From Ignavibacteriales bacterium (GTDB taxonomy: Bacteria; Bacteroidota; Ignavibacteria; UBA10030), in assembly GCA_016186715.1 (NCBI GenBank), contig JACPLA010000102.1:15631-79630 (forward strand): DNA of 64,000 nt, in the 5' to 3' direction. The position numbers and the translations under genes are program-made. Each line of letters begins with the position of its first letter. Positions within the stretch are counted from its first letter, which is position 1. This document shows positions 47,381 through 57,151 of the stretch, one piece after another. The notes under the pieces are model-generated. The model saw only the letters and a program-made list of their open reading frames with translations, searched no databases and had not been told where the DNA came from.

Positions 47381-48505
47381 ATGCTCTACCACTTTCTGAC
47401 ATATTTGGACAAGGTCTATGACATTCCGGGCTTCGGAGTGTTCCGGTTTATCACATTTCGTGCTGGAGCAGCTGCTGTCACGGCGCTGATCATTGCCTTT
47501 TGGCTGGGCCCAAAGATCATCCGGAGGCTCCGCCAGTTGCAGATCGGCGAGGCCGCAAAAATCGATGCACCCAAAACCCACCTGACCAAAGCCGGAACAC
47601 CGACTATGGGAGGACTGATCGTCCTTGCATCCGTCATCATTCCCGCCCTGCTCTGGGCAGACATTTACAATGTCTATGTCCTCCTCATCCTGTTTGTTAC
47701 TCTTGTCCTTGGAGCTGTTGGATTTCTTGACGATTACCTCAAGGTTGTCAGAAAAAAACCGAAGGGGTTGATCGGACGGTATAAGATCGTTGGACAGGTC
47801 GTCGTGGGATTGGTAGTGGGAGGTGTCATCTTTTTCTTTCCTGAATGGATTGATTCCAGTCTGTTCCCTCTCAAGTCCAGCACAACGGTTCCGTTCCTGA
47901 AGAATCTCGAACTGGATTTGGGGTGGTTCTACATCCCGGTTGTCATCTTTATAATCACCGCGACTTCTAATGCGGTCAACCTGACAGACGGTCTGGACGG
48001 TTTGGCAATCGGGACAGTCGGTATCGTCGGTATGACGCTTGCAGTTATTGCCTACGTCTCCGGCCATGCCGAGCTCAGTCAATACCTGACAATTCCTCAT
48101 CTGCGGGGCAACGGGGAACTGGCAATCTACTGCGCGGCGCTTGTGGGGGCCGCCCTGGGATTCCTCTGGTTCAATTCGTACCCCGCACAGGTGTTCATGG
48201 GGGACACAGGGTCGCTTGCCCTCGGCGGGGTCGTTGGGGCAATGTGCGTTCTGATGAAAAAGGAACTGTTGTTGCCAACGCTCGGCGGAGTGTTTCTCTT
48301 GGAAACACTTTCCGTGATTGTGCAACGAGCCTACTTTAAGTACACAAAACGAAAATACGGCGAGGGGCGGCGTGTCTTCCGGATGGCGCCAATCCATCAT
48401 CATTTCGAGCTTCTCGGCTGGCCGGAACCGAAAATTGTCACTCGATTCTATATCATCGCCATTTTGCTCATGATTTTAAGTCTCGCAACATTCAAAGTCC
48501 GATAG
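47381..48505 (+). CDS. mraY: Phospho-N-acetylmuramoyl-pentapeptide transferase
   Basis: GTPTMGG, NAVNLTDGLDGLA and MGDTGSLALGG are MraY motifs. Confidence 0.9.
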   Translation: MLYHFLTYLDKVYDIPGFGVFRFITFRAGAAAVTALIIAFWLGPKIIRRLRQLQIGEAAKIDAPKTHLTKAGTPTMGGLIVLASVIIPALLWADIYNVYVLLILFVTLVLGAVGFLDDYLKVVRKKPKGLIGRYKIVGQVVVGLVVGGVIFFFPEWIDSSLFPLKSSTTVPFLKNLELDLGWFYIPVVIFIITATSNAVNLTDGLDGLAIGTVGIVGMTLAVIAYVSGHAELSQYLTIPHLRGNGELAIYCAALVGAALGFLWFNSYPAQVFMGDTGSLALGGVVGAMCVLMKKELLLPTLGGVFLLETLSVIVQRAYFKYTKRKYGEGRRVFRMAPIHHHFELLGWPEPKIVTRFYIIAILLMILSLATFKVR

Positions 48506-48514
48506 GGCGTCGTC

Positions 48515-49870
48515 TTGAATGGTCCCCAGATCCGAAATATGGCTGTTTCGGTCATCGGTGCCGCACGGAGCGGAGCCGGGGTTGCAAGATTGTTACACTC
48601 ACAGGGTGCACGTGTTTTTGTTAGCGACCGTCAACCTGCGGAAAAACTGAAAATTTCCCTGGAGGCCTTCCGCTCCCAGGGTATTGAAGCGGAAGTGAAC
48701 GGTCATACCGAGCGGGTGTACCGGTGTACGCTCATGGTCATCAGCCCAGGCGTTCCGAGCAATGCACCGGTTGTACAGGAAGCACTCCGGCAAGGAATAA
48801 GGGTTGTCAGCGAACTGGAGGCAGCAAGCTGGTTTTGCAGGTCCCGCATGATCGCCGTCACTGGCAGCAACGGGAAAACGACCACGACCACTTTGATCGG
48901 GAGAATCCTGGGCGATGCAAAAAAGAAACATGTGGTTGCGGGTAACATTGGAACGGCATTCTCAGAGGTCGTTCTGGAACTGGCTGAAACGGATCTTGCT
49001 GTTCTGGAGGTAAGCAGCTTTCAGCTTGATCACTGCGAGCAGTTTCGGCCGTGGATCTCCGTAATCCTCAACATTACCGAGGACCACATGGATCGTTATG
49101 ACAACTCGATGGAACGCTATGCGGCATCGAAAGCGCGCATTTTCATGAATCAGACAGACACAGATATTCTGATTTATTCGGCCGATGATGAATGGACCGT
49201 CAAAACTGCGGGGAAGGCACCCTGTGTAACTATTCCGTTCAGCTGCAGGCAGGAGGTCCAAAACGGCGGGTTCATCCGGAAGGACTCTCTTGTGACCTCT
49301 TTCGCTGGAAAGCGGGCGGAGATTCTTCCCACGGATCAGATCAGCATCAAGGGGATCCACAATTGGTCGAACGCCCTCGCTGCAACCCTCGTCGGCCATT
49401 TGGCGGGCGTAAGCACGGCGTCGATTCGAGCAACCCTCAAGAATTTCAAGGGGGTTGAACACCGGCTTGAATTTGTGCGCGAGGTTGGGGGGGTCCGGTA
49501 CTACAATGACTCCAAAGCAACCAACGTGGACTCGGTCGGTTACGCGCTCCGTGCCTTCAATGAACCGGTGATTCTTCTCCTGGGGGGAAGAGACAAAGGG
49601 AATGATTACTCGCGGCTGGAACAACTTGTACGAGAGCACGTGAAGCTGGTCGTTGCAATCGGAGAGTCGGCCGACAAAGTCGTTGATTCCTTTGGGCGGA
49701 TGGTCAGCGTAACAAAAGCTGATTCAATGGAACACGCTCTTCGGCATGCGTCTCGCCTGGCACAAGCCGGAGACATTGTGCTCCTCTCTCCTGCCTGTGC
49801 ATCGTTCGACTGGTTCGACAATTACGAACACCGGGGAAATGTCTTCAAGGAATTAGTAAATCGACTATGA
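48515..49870 (+). CDS. murD: UDP-N-acetylmuramoylalanine--D-glutamate ligase
   Basis: VTGSNGKTTTTTLIG and the Mur ligase fold. Confidence 0.9.
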   Translation: MNGPQIRNMAVSVIGAARSGAGVARLLHSQGARVFVSDRQPAEKLKISLEAFRSQGIEAEVNGHTERVYRCTLMVISPGVPSNAPVVQEALRQGIRVVSELEAASWFCRSRMIAVTGSNGKTTTTTLIGRILGDAKKKHVVAGNIGTAFSEVVLELAETDLAVLEVSSFQLDHCEQFRPWISVILNITEDHMDRYDNSMERYAASKARIFMNQTDTDILIYSADDEWTVKTAGKAPCVTIPFSCRQEVQNGGFIRKDSLVTSFAGKRAEILPTDQISIKGIHNWSNALAATLVGHLAGVSTASIRATLKNFKGVEHRLEFVREVGGVRYYNDSKATNVDSVGYALRAFNEPVILLLGGRDKGNDYSRLEQLVREHVKLVVAIGESADKVVDSFGRMVSVTKADSMEHALRHASRLAQAGDIVLLSPACASFDWFDNYEHRGNVFKELVNRL

Positions 49871-51051
49871 GCTCTCTCACGGTAAAATCCCGGCAAAACC
49901 ATATTGACCTCCCGACACTCATCGCCGTCTTGGTGCTGATGGTGCTCAGTCTTGGCATTGTGTACAGCGCATCCGCGGGCTGGGCGATGCAAAAATTCGG
50001 GGAAAGTAACCGCCTGCTGAATTCTCACGCGCTGAAGATTCTTGTGGGTATCGTGGCTCTGTTTGCCGGCGTAACAATTGATTACAGGAAGTATCGGAAA
50101 CTCACAAAACCGGTACTCTTGGGCGCGATCGGTCTCCTGCTAGTGACTCTTCTCCTCGGCGGAGAATTGAAGGGCGCTACCCGCTGGATCCAGTTCGCTG
50201 GATTTGGCTTTCAACCATCGGAATTTGCAAAGTTCGCGCTCCTGTTTCACCTCTGTTCGTTAATTGCAGCCAAAGGCGAGGCCATCAAGGACTTCAAACG
50301 CGGTTTTCTGCCGATGATCATCTGGATCGGGCTCGTTTCCCTGCTCGTGCTTCTTCAACCCAACTTCAGTACCGGCACTATGATCGTTGTTGTCAGCCTC
50401 ATTATCCTTTTCGTCGGCCGCGCCCGGCTTCACCACTTGTTCCTGGCAGTCATGTACATGGTGCCGCTGCTGATCGCGTATGTGATCAGCGCTCCGTACC
50501 GATTGGCACGCATCCAATCGTTTCTGGGCACACAATGGGGATCGGGACGCGTAAACTATCAACTCTGGCAGGGAATTATCGGATTTGGTAATGGCGGCCT
50601 GCTTGGGCTTGGCCCGGGAGAGAGTAAGCAACGCGATCTGTTCCTGCCCGAGTCCTACGGAGACTTTGTGTTTTCGATCGTGGGGGAAGAGTACGGCTTC
50701 CTTGGGACCATGTTTTTCATGACCCTGTTCTTTCTCATCATGATCCGTGGATTCAAGATCGCAAAACACGCCCACGAAGAATTCGGCCGACTCTTGGCCC
50801 TTGGCATTACGTGTACCGTCACCGTTTATGCGTTGGTCAACGCAAGCGTTTCCCTCGGAATATTGCCGACAACAGGGTTGCCGATGCCATTCGTCAGTTA
50901 CGGCGGATCGTCTCTGGTGTTCTCGTCTTTTGCGGTCGGCGCCCTTCTGAATATTTCGGCACAAACGGATCTGCACCCGAGATCGACCAGGTTGCCTGAC
51001 GGGGTCCTCCCGGTGGAGCCCCTCCAGGAGCAGAGTCCCAAAGTGTATTGA
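49867..51051 (+). CDS. ftsW: Cell division SEDS protein FtsW
   Basis: A 10-TM SEDS fold in the canonical murD-ftsW-murG position. Confidence 0.85.
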   Translation: MSSLTVKSRQNHIDLPTLIAVLVLMVLSLGIVYSASAGWAMQKFGESNRLLNSHALKILVGIVALFAGVTIDYRKYRKLTKPVLLGAIGLLLVTLLLGGELKGATRWIQFAGFGFQPSEFAKFALLFHLCSLIAAKGEAIKDFKRGFLPMIIWIGLVSLLVLLQPNFSTGTMIVVVSLIILFVGRARLHHLFLAVMYMVPLLIAYVISAPYRLARIQSFLGTQWGSGRVNYQLWQGIIGFGNGGLLGLGPGESKQRDLFLPESYGDFVFSIVGEEYGFLGTMFFMTLFFLIMIRGFKIAKHAHEEFGRLLALGITCTVTVYALVNASVSLGILPTTGLPMPFVSYGGSSLVFSSFAVGALLNISAQTDLHPRSTRLPDGVLPVEPLQEQSPKVY

Positions 51052-52175
51052 TTGAGGGAGGCAATGTGTCTCAGCTTCCCTTCACATTGATCCTTGCCGG
51101 CGGTGGCACCGGCGGACATGTGTTTCCGGCACTTGCAATAGCCGCTGAGCTCAAGAAATTGCGACCGGAGGCCCGGATCATCTTTGTTGGGACAAAGAAC
51201 AGGATCGAAGAACGGATCGTCCCCGGTTACGGATACGATTTCACGACTCTCTGGATCGGCGGCTTCCAACGAAGTCTTGGGCTGCAGCACTTTTTGTTTC
51301 CGCTGAAGCTGCTTGTATCGACGATTCAATCGTTCTTTCTCATTCGGCACACAAAACCGTCGGCCGTCATCGGCACAGGCGGGTATGTTTGCGGTCCCGC
51401 GCTCGCTGCCGCCGTAATGCTCGGCGTACCGGCGTTCATCCATGAGTCGAACAGCTATCCGGGCGCGACCACACGGCTGCTGGCCTCCCATGCAACCAGG
51501 GTATTCCTTGGTTTGGATGATGCCCGGCGGTGGCTACGGGAAAAAGAGCATATCGAGCTGGTCGGAACTCCAACGAGTGATTCCTTTGAGAAAGCCTCAA
51601 AAGAAGAAGCGCTCCGTCACTTTGGACTTGATAACCGCAAACCCGTTGTTTTCGTTACAGGCGGAAGCCAGGGATCGGTCTCAATCAACAACGCTGTCCT
51701 GGCTTCGGTTTCACGGCTCGGCAAAAGAGTCCAGCTTCTTTGGCAGACCGGGCCGCGGCATTTCGAGGTAATCCGGAAAGCGACGGAAGGAACTCCTGTT
51801 GGCTGGATCGGCCCGTTCATCGAAAGAATGGATCTGGCGTATGCTGCCGCAGATCTTGTTGTCTGTCGTGCCGGTGCAACGACCATCGCAGAATTGACCC
51901 GTGTTGGAATACCGGCAATTCTCGTCCCCTATCCGTTCGCGGCCGGGGATCATCAGACGCATAACGCCCGTTCTCTCGTCGAATCAGGGGCTGCTCTTCT
52001 GATCCCGGACAGCGACCTTGGGTCACGGCTTTCGCAGGAGATTCGTTCGCTCCTTGACAATCCTGAGAAACAACGCGGCATGGCGGTTGCGGCCAAACGC
52101 CTGGGCCGCCCTGAGGCCGCCCGCGTCGTTGCGGAAAGAATCATGGAAATCATCTCCAAGAAGGAATCGGCCTGA
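51048..52175 (+). CDS. murG: UDP-GlcNAc:undecaprenyl-PP-MurNAc-pentapeptide GlcNAc transferase
   Basis: LAGGGTGGHVFPALAIA… and the GT28 C-terminal domain. Confidence 0.9.
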   Translation: MIEGGNVSQLPFTLILAGGGTGGHVFPALAIAAELKKLRPEARIIFVGTKNRIEERIVPGYGYDFTTLWIGGFQRSLGLQHFLFPLKLLVSTIQSFFLIRHTKPSAVIGTGGYVCGPALAAAVMLGVPAFIHESNSYPGATTRLLASHATRVFLGLDDARRWLREKEHIELVGTPTSDSFEKASKEEALRHFGLDNRKPVVFVTGGSQGSVSINNAVLASVSRLGKRVQLLWQTGPRHFEVIRKATEGTPVGWIGPFIERMDLAYAAADLVVCRAGATTIAELTRVGIPAILVPYPFAAGDHQTHNARSLVESGAALLIPDSDLGSRLSQEIRSLLDNPEKQRGMAVAAKRLGRPEAARVVAERIMEIISKKESA

Positions 52176-52217
52176 TTTGAAATAATCATTCAGTTTCGTT
52201 TCAGCGGCACATCGTCG

Positions 52218-52715
52218 GTGGAAAAAACATTCAAATACAAACTCGATTTCTATTACCAGCAGACACTTATCTATTTCCTTGCGCTGCTTCTCTACGCAGG
52301 AATCCGCGGAAATTTTGTGGAAGACCAGTTCAGAGTGATTTACAGGGATCCGATCTTTTACATCATGATCCTGTTTCTCACCATCTCCCTCGTCGGGCTG
52401 ATCATGAACCGGTTTCGTGACCGGAAACTGATCATCGACAAGGACAGGTTGGTTTTCCACAACCGGTATCGGGAGCGTGTCATCCGTCTCGAGGACATTG
52501 AATGGATGCATATTGGGCGCGAACGGCTTGTGCAGACAGCGGGTCGGTTTCAACTGATCGTGTTCAAAATAAAGTCCCGACGGAGAATCTTCCGCATCCG
52601 GGTCGGCCGGTACGAGCGGGGCGATGACTTGGTCAGCGAAATGGAGCAATTTGCTGTCCATGTTCCGAAGGGACGGCACCGCCGATTCGGTATGAAGCGG
52701 AGAACAGCACACTAA
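52218..52715 (+). CDS. Hypothetical membrane protein, 2 TM + basic cytoplasmic domain (bPH_2/YdbS-like?), inserted between murG and murC
   Basis: It has a GTG start and two TM helices (LIYFLALLLYAGI; IFYIMILFLTISLVGLIM), followed by about 100 aa of Arg-rich beta-like sequence (LVFHNRYRERVIRLEDIEW…FQLIVFKIKSRRRIFRIRV). Confidence 0.4.
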   Translation: MEKTFKYKLDFYYQQTLIYFLALLLYAGIRGNFVEDQFRVIYRDPIFYIMILFLTISLVGLIMNRFRDRKLIIDKDRLVFHNRYRERVIRLEDIEWMHIGRERLVQTAGRFQLIVFKIKSRRRIFRIRVGRYERGDDLVSEMEQFAVHVPKGRHRRFGMKRRTAH

Positions 52716-52719
52716 TGCA

Positions 52720-54105
52720 ATGTTCTCTTCAATCAAAACAATTCACTTTGTGGGAATCGGAGGCATCGGTATGAGCGGGATTGCCGAAATCCTTCTTGAT
52801 CAAGGTTTTTCGGTTACAGGTTCGGATCGTGCGCGCTCTGAGGTGACAGATCGCCTCGAAGAACTTGGCGCAAAGATCTTTGAAGGCCACAAGCCGGAGC
52901 ATGTGATGGATTCGGTGGATGCCCTCGTGTATTCGTCGGCCGTCCTTCCGGAGAACCCCGAAGTTGCCGAGGCTGTCCGCAGGAAGATTCCTGTGATTCG
53001 GCGCGCCGAAATGCTTGCAGAGGTCATGCGCCTGAAATATGGCATCGGCATTGCCGGCACCCACGGAAAAACGACCACCACGTCCATGGTGAGCCTCGTG
53101 CTCATGGAGGGCGGTCTTGATCCTACAGTCATTGTCGGCGGAAAGCTGAGCGGACTCGGAGGCACGAACGCTCGATTAGGGCATGGAGATTTCATCGTCG
53201 TCGAGGCGGACGAGTTCGACCGGTCGTTTCTTTCCATCGCCCCCACGATTGCCGTCTTGACAACGCTCGAAACCGACCATCTTGATTGCTACCGGGATCT
53301 TGAAGATATCAAGGGGGCGTTCATTCAGTTTGCAAACAAGGTTCCCTTCTACGGGTTCATTGTCTTGTGCCTCGATGAGCCGGCCTTGCTCGACATCATG
53401 CCCCAGCTGAGCAAGAAGAAGATCATCACCTACGGGCTGAATGCTCAGGCAGATATCCAGGCCGTCGATATTCGCCATAGAAACAACACGACATCTTTTA
53501 TCCTCGTTCGCGAATCAAAGGAGCTCGGTCAGATTGCGTTGCAGGTCCCTGGAAAGCATAACGTTCAAAATGCTCTCGCCGCTATCGCCGTCGGTCTTGA
53601 ACTGGGAGTGCCGTTCGGGAAGATCAAGGCAGGAATCGAACGCTTTTCCGGCGTCTATCGCCGATGGGAGCATAAAGGCGACGTGGATGGAATCAGCGTC
53701 TACGACGACTACGCACATCATCCGACGGAATGCAGGGCGACCCTGTCGGGAGCAAAGGCCGGATGGCGCCGGAGGGTTGTGTGCGTGTTTCAACCTCATT
53801 TGTTTTCGCGGACCCGCGACTTCTATGAAGAATTCGGGAAGTCTTTTCTTCTCTCCGACGTCCTTCTCGTCACCGACGTCTACCCGGCGCGGGAAGAACC
53901 GATTCAGGGCGTGACCGGGGAGTTGATTGTCCACGCCGCGAAGCGATTCGGACACAGGAATGTGCATTATGTTGCTGACAAGGCTCTGGTTCCCTCGGAA
54001 CTGAGGAAGATTGTGCGAAAAGGAGACCTCGTCATCACCATGGGTGCCGGCGATATCTGGAAGTATGGGGACCAGTTCCTGAAGGAGTTTCGGGAACGAA
54101 AGTAA
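52720..54105 (+). CDS. murC: UDP-N-acetylmuramate--L-alanine ligase
   Basis: IHFVGIGGIGMSGIAE… and IAGTHGKTTTTSM. Confidence 0.9.
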   Translation: MFSSIKTIHFVGIGGIGMSGIAEILLDQGFSVTGSDRARSEVTDRLEELGAKIFEGHKPEHVMDSVDALVYSSAVLPENPEVAEAVRRKIPVIRRAEMLAEVMRLKYGIGIAGTHGKTTTTSMVSLVLMEGGLDPTVIVGGKLSGLGGTNARLGHGDFIVVEADEFDRSFLSIAPTIAVLTTLETDHLDCYRDLEDIKGAFIQFANKVPFYGFIVLCLDEPALLDIMPQLSKKKIITYGLNAQADIQAVDIRHRNNTTSFILVRESKELGQIALQVPGKHNVQNALAAIAVGLELGVPFGKIKAGIERFSGVYRRWEHKGDVDGISVYDDYAHHPTECRATLSGAKAGWRRRVVCVFQPHLFSRTRDFYEEFGKSFLLSDVLLVTDVYPAREEPIQGVTGELIVHAAKRFGHRNVHYVADKALVPSELRKIVRKGDLVITMGAGDIWKYGDQFLKEFRERK

Positions 54106-54122
54106 TCAACGGAAATCCGCTG

Positions 54123-55040
54123 ATGGTATCGTTAAAAGACATACAGACTTTTTTTCGTGGCCGCCTGACCATCCACGAGCCGCTGGCACCGTACACTTCC
54201 ATGAAAGTCGGCGGTCCGGCCGATTACTACCTTGAGCCGGCCGACAAAGACGACGTGGTCGGCATCGTACGGTATCTCGAGGAGAATAAGTTTCCGTTCA
54301 TGATGGTGGGGCGTGGCAGTAATCTTATTATCAGTGACGAAGGATACCGCGGGGCCGCAATCAACCTGGAAGAGGGCATATCCCGGGTAACCCTTGAAGA
54401 AGGGCTGATCGTTGCCGAGGGCGGCGCCCGACTTACCAAGCTTGTTGACTTCTGTGTTCAAAGTAGCCTTTCAGGGCTCGAATGGGCAGCGGGAATCCCC
54501 GGAACGGTCGGCGGTGCAGTTGTGATGAATGCCGGCGCTCACGGCGGGGAGATTAAGGATTCGCTGGTGGACGTGGAAGTGTATCGCGGAGGAAGTGTGC
54601 TCCGCATTGAAAAGGAGAAAGCAGATCTCTCGTATCGTCGGTCTGGATTCACAGCCGACATTGTGCTTTCCGCCCGGTTCAACCTTCAGCCTGGAAACAG
54701 GGATGAAATCATGAAACGCAGAAGCGAATTGATTGCAAAGAGAAACGCAACTCAACCGCTGAATCTCCCCAACTCCGGCAGCATGTTCAAAAATCCTCCG
54801 GGCACATTCGCCGCTCGCCTGATCGAACAGGCGGGGCTGAAGGGAAAACGGGTCGGCAATGTTCAAATTTCAGAAAAGCATGCAAACTTCATGGTCAATC
54901 TGGGGAACGCACGGGCTGAAGACATTCTCCGACTGATCGAGTTGGTGCGCAGAACTGTGCATCAGAACACCGGGATTCAACTGGATTTGGAAGTAAAGTT
55001 GATTGGGTTTCCACAAAACAGCGTCGCACACGCGTCATGA
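54123..55040 (+). CDS. murB: UDP-N-acetylenolpyruvoylglucosamine reductase
   Basis: An FAD-binding PCMH domain (GRGSNLIISDEG) and a C-terminal MurB domain. Confidence 0.9.
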   Translation: MVSLKDIQTFFRGRLTIHEPLAPYTSMKVGGPADYYLEPADKDDVVGIVRYLEENKFPFMMVGRGSNLIISDEGYRGAAINLEEGISRVTLEEGLIVAEGGARLTKLVDFCVQSSLSGLEWAAGIPGTVGGAVVMNAGAHGGEIKDSLVDVEVYRGGSVLRIEKEKADLSYRRSGFTADIVLSARFNLQPGNRDEIMKRRSELIAKRNATQPLNLPNSGSMFKNPPGTFAARLIEQAGLKGKRVGNVQISEKHANFMVNLGNARAEDILRLIELVRRTVHQNTGIQLDLEVKLIGFPQNSVAHAS

Positions 55041-55801
55041 AAGCATCCGGAAGAATAACCCTGGGACTGATCCTGCTTCTTCTCGCGGGCCTCCTCCTGA
55101 CAGTGGGTGCCAACAGCTGGAAATCCGGCCTTGTTGTCAGAAAGATACTTGTTGAAGGCAACCGGGTCGTGGACGCCAATGAAATCCTCCAGCTCGCTCA
55201 TGTTCAGCCGGGCATGAAACTCTACGATCTTGATTTGATGGTGATTCGGCGAGATGTGCTCAGCCATTACTTTCTCAACTCCGTCCTCGTCGAACGCGAC
55301 CTGCCGTCCACGATCAGGATTACCGTGGTCGAAAGAACACCCCTTGCGATGGTCAATCGCGACGGGATTCTCTATCTCGACCAAGACGGTGTCGTTCTGC
55401 CTCACCAGGTTTCGCGGGAATTGTTTGACCTTCCCATCGTCACTGGGATTCCCAACACGACGCGCCTCGCGATGGGAACCACCTTGAAGCATCCGGACAT
55501 TCGGGAAGCACTGGTGATTCTTTCCACAGCCAAAGCCGTCAGCAGGGAACTCTACCACTTGATTTCAGAGGTGTGCCTGCGGGAGGGAGGGGACATAATT
55601 CTCTATACTGCTGAGGAGGGAATCCCGGTTTTGTTCGGACGCGGGCATGTTTCAAGTAAACTTGTTCGTCTCGACACGTTTTGGAATTCCGTCGTGCGCG
55701 AGCGCGGAATCCAGGATCTCGAGTATATTGATTTGCGCTATGAGAATCAGGTCGTCGTACGGTGGAAACCTTCTCATCGAAAAGTTGCATCACGTTCATG
55801 A
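55037..55801 (+). CDS. ftsQ: Cell division protein FtsQ (POTRA domain)
   Basis: An N-terminal TM helix, a POTRA-like segment (VRKILVEGNRVVDANEIL) and position before ftsA. Confidence 0.75.
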   Translation: MKASGRITLGLILLLLAGLLLTVGANSWKSGLVVRKILVEGNRVVDANEILQLAHVQPGMKLYDLDLMVIRRDVLSHYFLNSVLVERDLPSTIRITVVERTPLAMVNRDGILYLDQDGVVLPHQVSRELFDLPIVTGIPNTTRLAMGTTLKHPDIREALVILSTAKAVSRELYHLISEVCLREGGDIILYTAEEGIPVLFGRGHVSSKLVRLDTFWNSVVRERGIQDLEYIDLRYENQVVVRWKPSHRKVASRS

Positions 55802-55828
55802 GATGAGCGTTTACCAATAAGGAAGCAT

Positions 55829-57082
55829 ATGAACAACGAAAAAATTGCCGTTGGTTTAGACATCGGAACCACAAAGGTCTGTGCTATTGTGGCAGCGCCA
55901 GACGAGAATCACCCTGGTAAGCTCAACATTTTAGGAATCGGACGGAGTTCCTCGGACGGCCTCACCCGGGGTGTTGTAACGAACATCGAAAAAACGGTTC
56001 GCTCGATTCAAATGGCGATCCGTGATGCTCAGGCACAATCAGGACTGGAAATTACCGCCGTTACGGTCGGAATTGCCGGTGATCATATCCAAAGCTTCCA
56101 GAGCCGTGGCGTCGTCGCCATCAGCAGACCAGAGAACGAAATCACCCAGCAGGACGTCGATCGCTTGATTGAAGATACCAAGCGCGTCGCTCTTCCATCG
56201 GACCGAAAAATCATCCATGTCATCCCCCAACAGTTCATTGTCGATGGCCAGGACGGAATCTACGATCCTGTGGGAATGTCGGGTGTGCGCATGGAGGCGA
56301 TGGTCCACATCATCACCGGGCTCGTGACCGCGGCGCAAAACATCTACAAGTGTGTTCAACGGGCAGGCATCCAGGTGAACGACATGGTCCTGGAGCCGCT
56401 CGCCTCGAGCTATGCTGTTCTTGACGATGAAGAAAAGGAGGTCGGTGTTGCCTTGCTCGATATCGGCGGGGGGACAACCGATCTTGCCGTCTTTGAAGAA
56501 CGAACGATCCGTCACACCGCTGTCATTGGTGTGGCGGGCAAGAAGGTCACCGACGATATCCGCAAAGGGTTTGGGATTCTAACCGACCAGGCAGAAAAAC
56601 TGAAGATTGAGAACGGATTCGCCTACATGCCGGCAATCGCTGACAACGGCCCCATTGTCCTTCCCGGAATCGGGGGCCGTCCACCCATCGAGATTGACAA
56701 ACGGCTGCTTTGCCAGGTGATCCAACCCCGCATGGAAGAAATCCTTGAGATCGCGGCAATGGAAATCAAACGCTCCGGTTATTCCAAACACCTTTCGGCC
56801 GGGGTCGTTCTCACGGGAGGCGGCTCACTGATCAAGGGTACCGCCGACCTTGCGCGGGAGGTCCTCGGTATGCCTGTGAAGATCGGAATCCCGTCCGGAT
56901 TCAGCGCGGGATTAATCCGCGAAATTGAAAACCCCATCTTCGCCACCGGAGTCGGGCTTGTCATTCATGAGCTGAAATACAGAGACCAGTCGGCAATTAC
57001 GGCCGCCCTGAGAAACGGAAAAGGGAAAGGATCTCTGAAGAATATTTTCAACCGGATGAAAACCTGGTTTGACGAACTGTAA
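55829..57082 (+). CDS. ftsA: Cell division protein FtsA
   Basis: IAVGLDIGTTKVCAIV…DIGGGTTD… actin-like ATPase with the SHS2 insert. Confidence 0.9.
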   Translation: MNNEKIAVGLDIGTTKVCAIVAAPDENHPGKLNILGIGRSSSDGLTRGVVTNIEKTVRSIQMAIRDAQAQSGLEITAVTVGIAGDHIQSFQSRGVVAISRPENEITQQDVDRLIEDTKRVALPSDRKIIHVIPQQFIVDGQDGIYDPVGMSGVRMEAMVHIITGLVTAAQNIYKCVQRAGIQVNDMVLEPLASSYAVLDDEEKEVGVALLDIGGGTTDLAVFEERTIRHTAVIGVAGKKVTDDIRKGFGILTDQAEKLKIENGFAYMPAIADNGPIVLPGIGGRPPIEIDKRLLCQVIQPRMEEILEIAAMEIKRSGYSKHLSAGVVLTGGGSLIKGTADLAREVLGMPVKIGIPSGFSAGLIREIENPIFATGVGLVIHELKYRDQSAITAALRNGKGKGSLKNIFNRMKTWFDEL

Positions 57083-57151
57083 GCCGCCCATACAAACGAT
57101 TGAAATTATTGACCATCACCCAATCATTTCACAACAAGGGAGGAACATACC

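Noticed and set aside
47363-48403. 346-aa - strand ORF
   Set aside because: It is antisense to mraY, Cys/Asp/Gln-rich nonsense.
50260-50976. 238-aa - strand ORF
   Set aside because: It is antisense to ftsW, again Cys/Asp/Gln-rich nonsense.
52023-52736. 237-aa - strand ORF spanning the murG end and the inserted gene
   Set aside because: It is antisense. Its existence does not argue against the + strand 2-TM ORF, which has coherent TM and basic-domain architecture.
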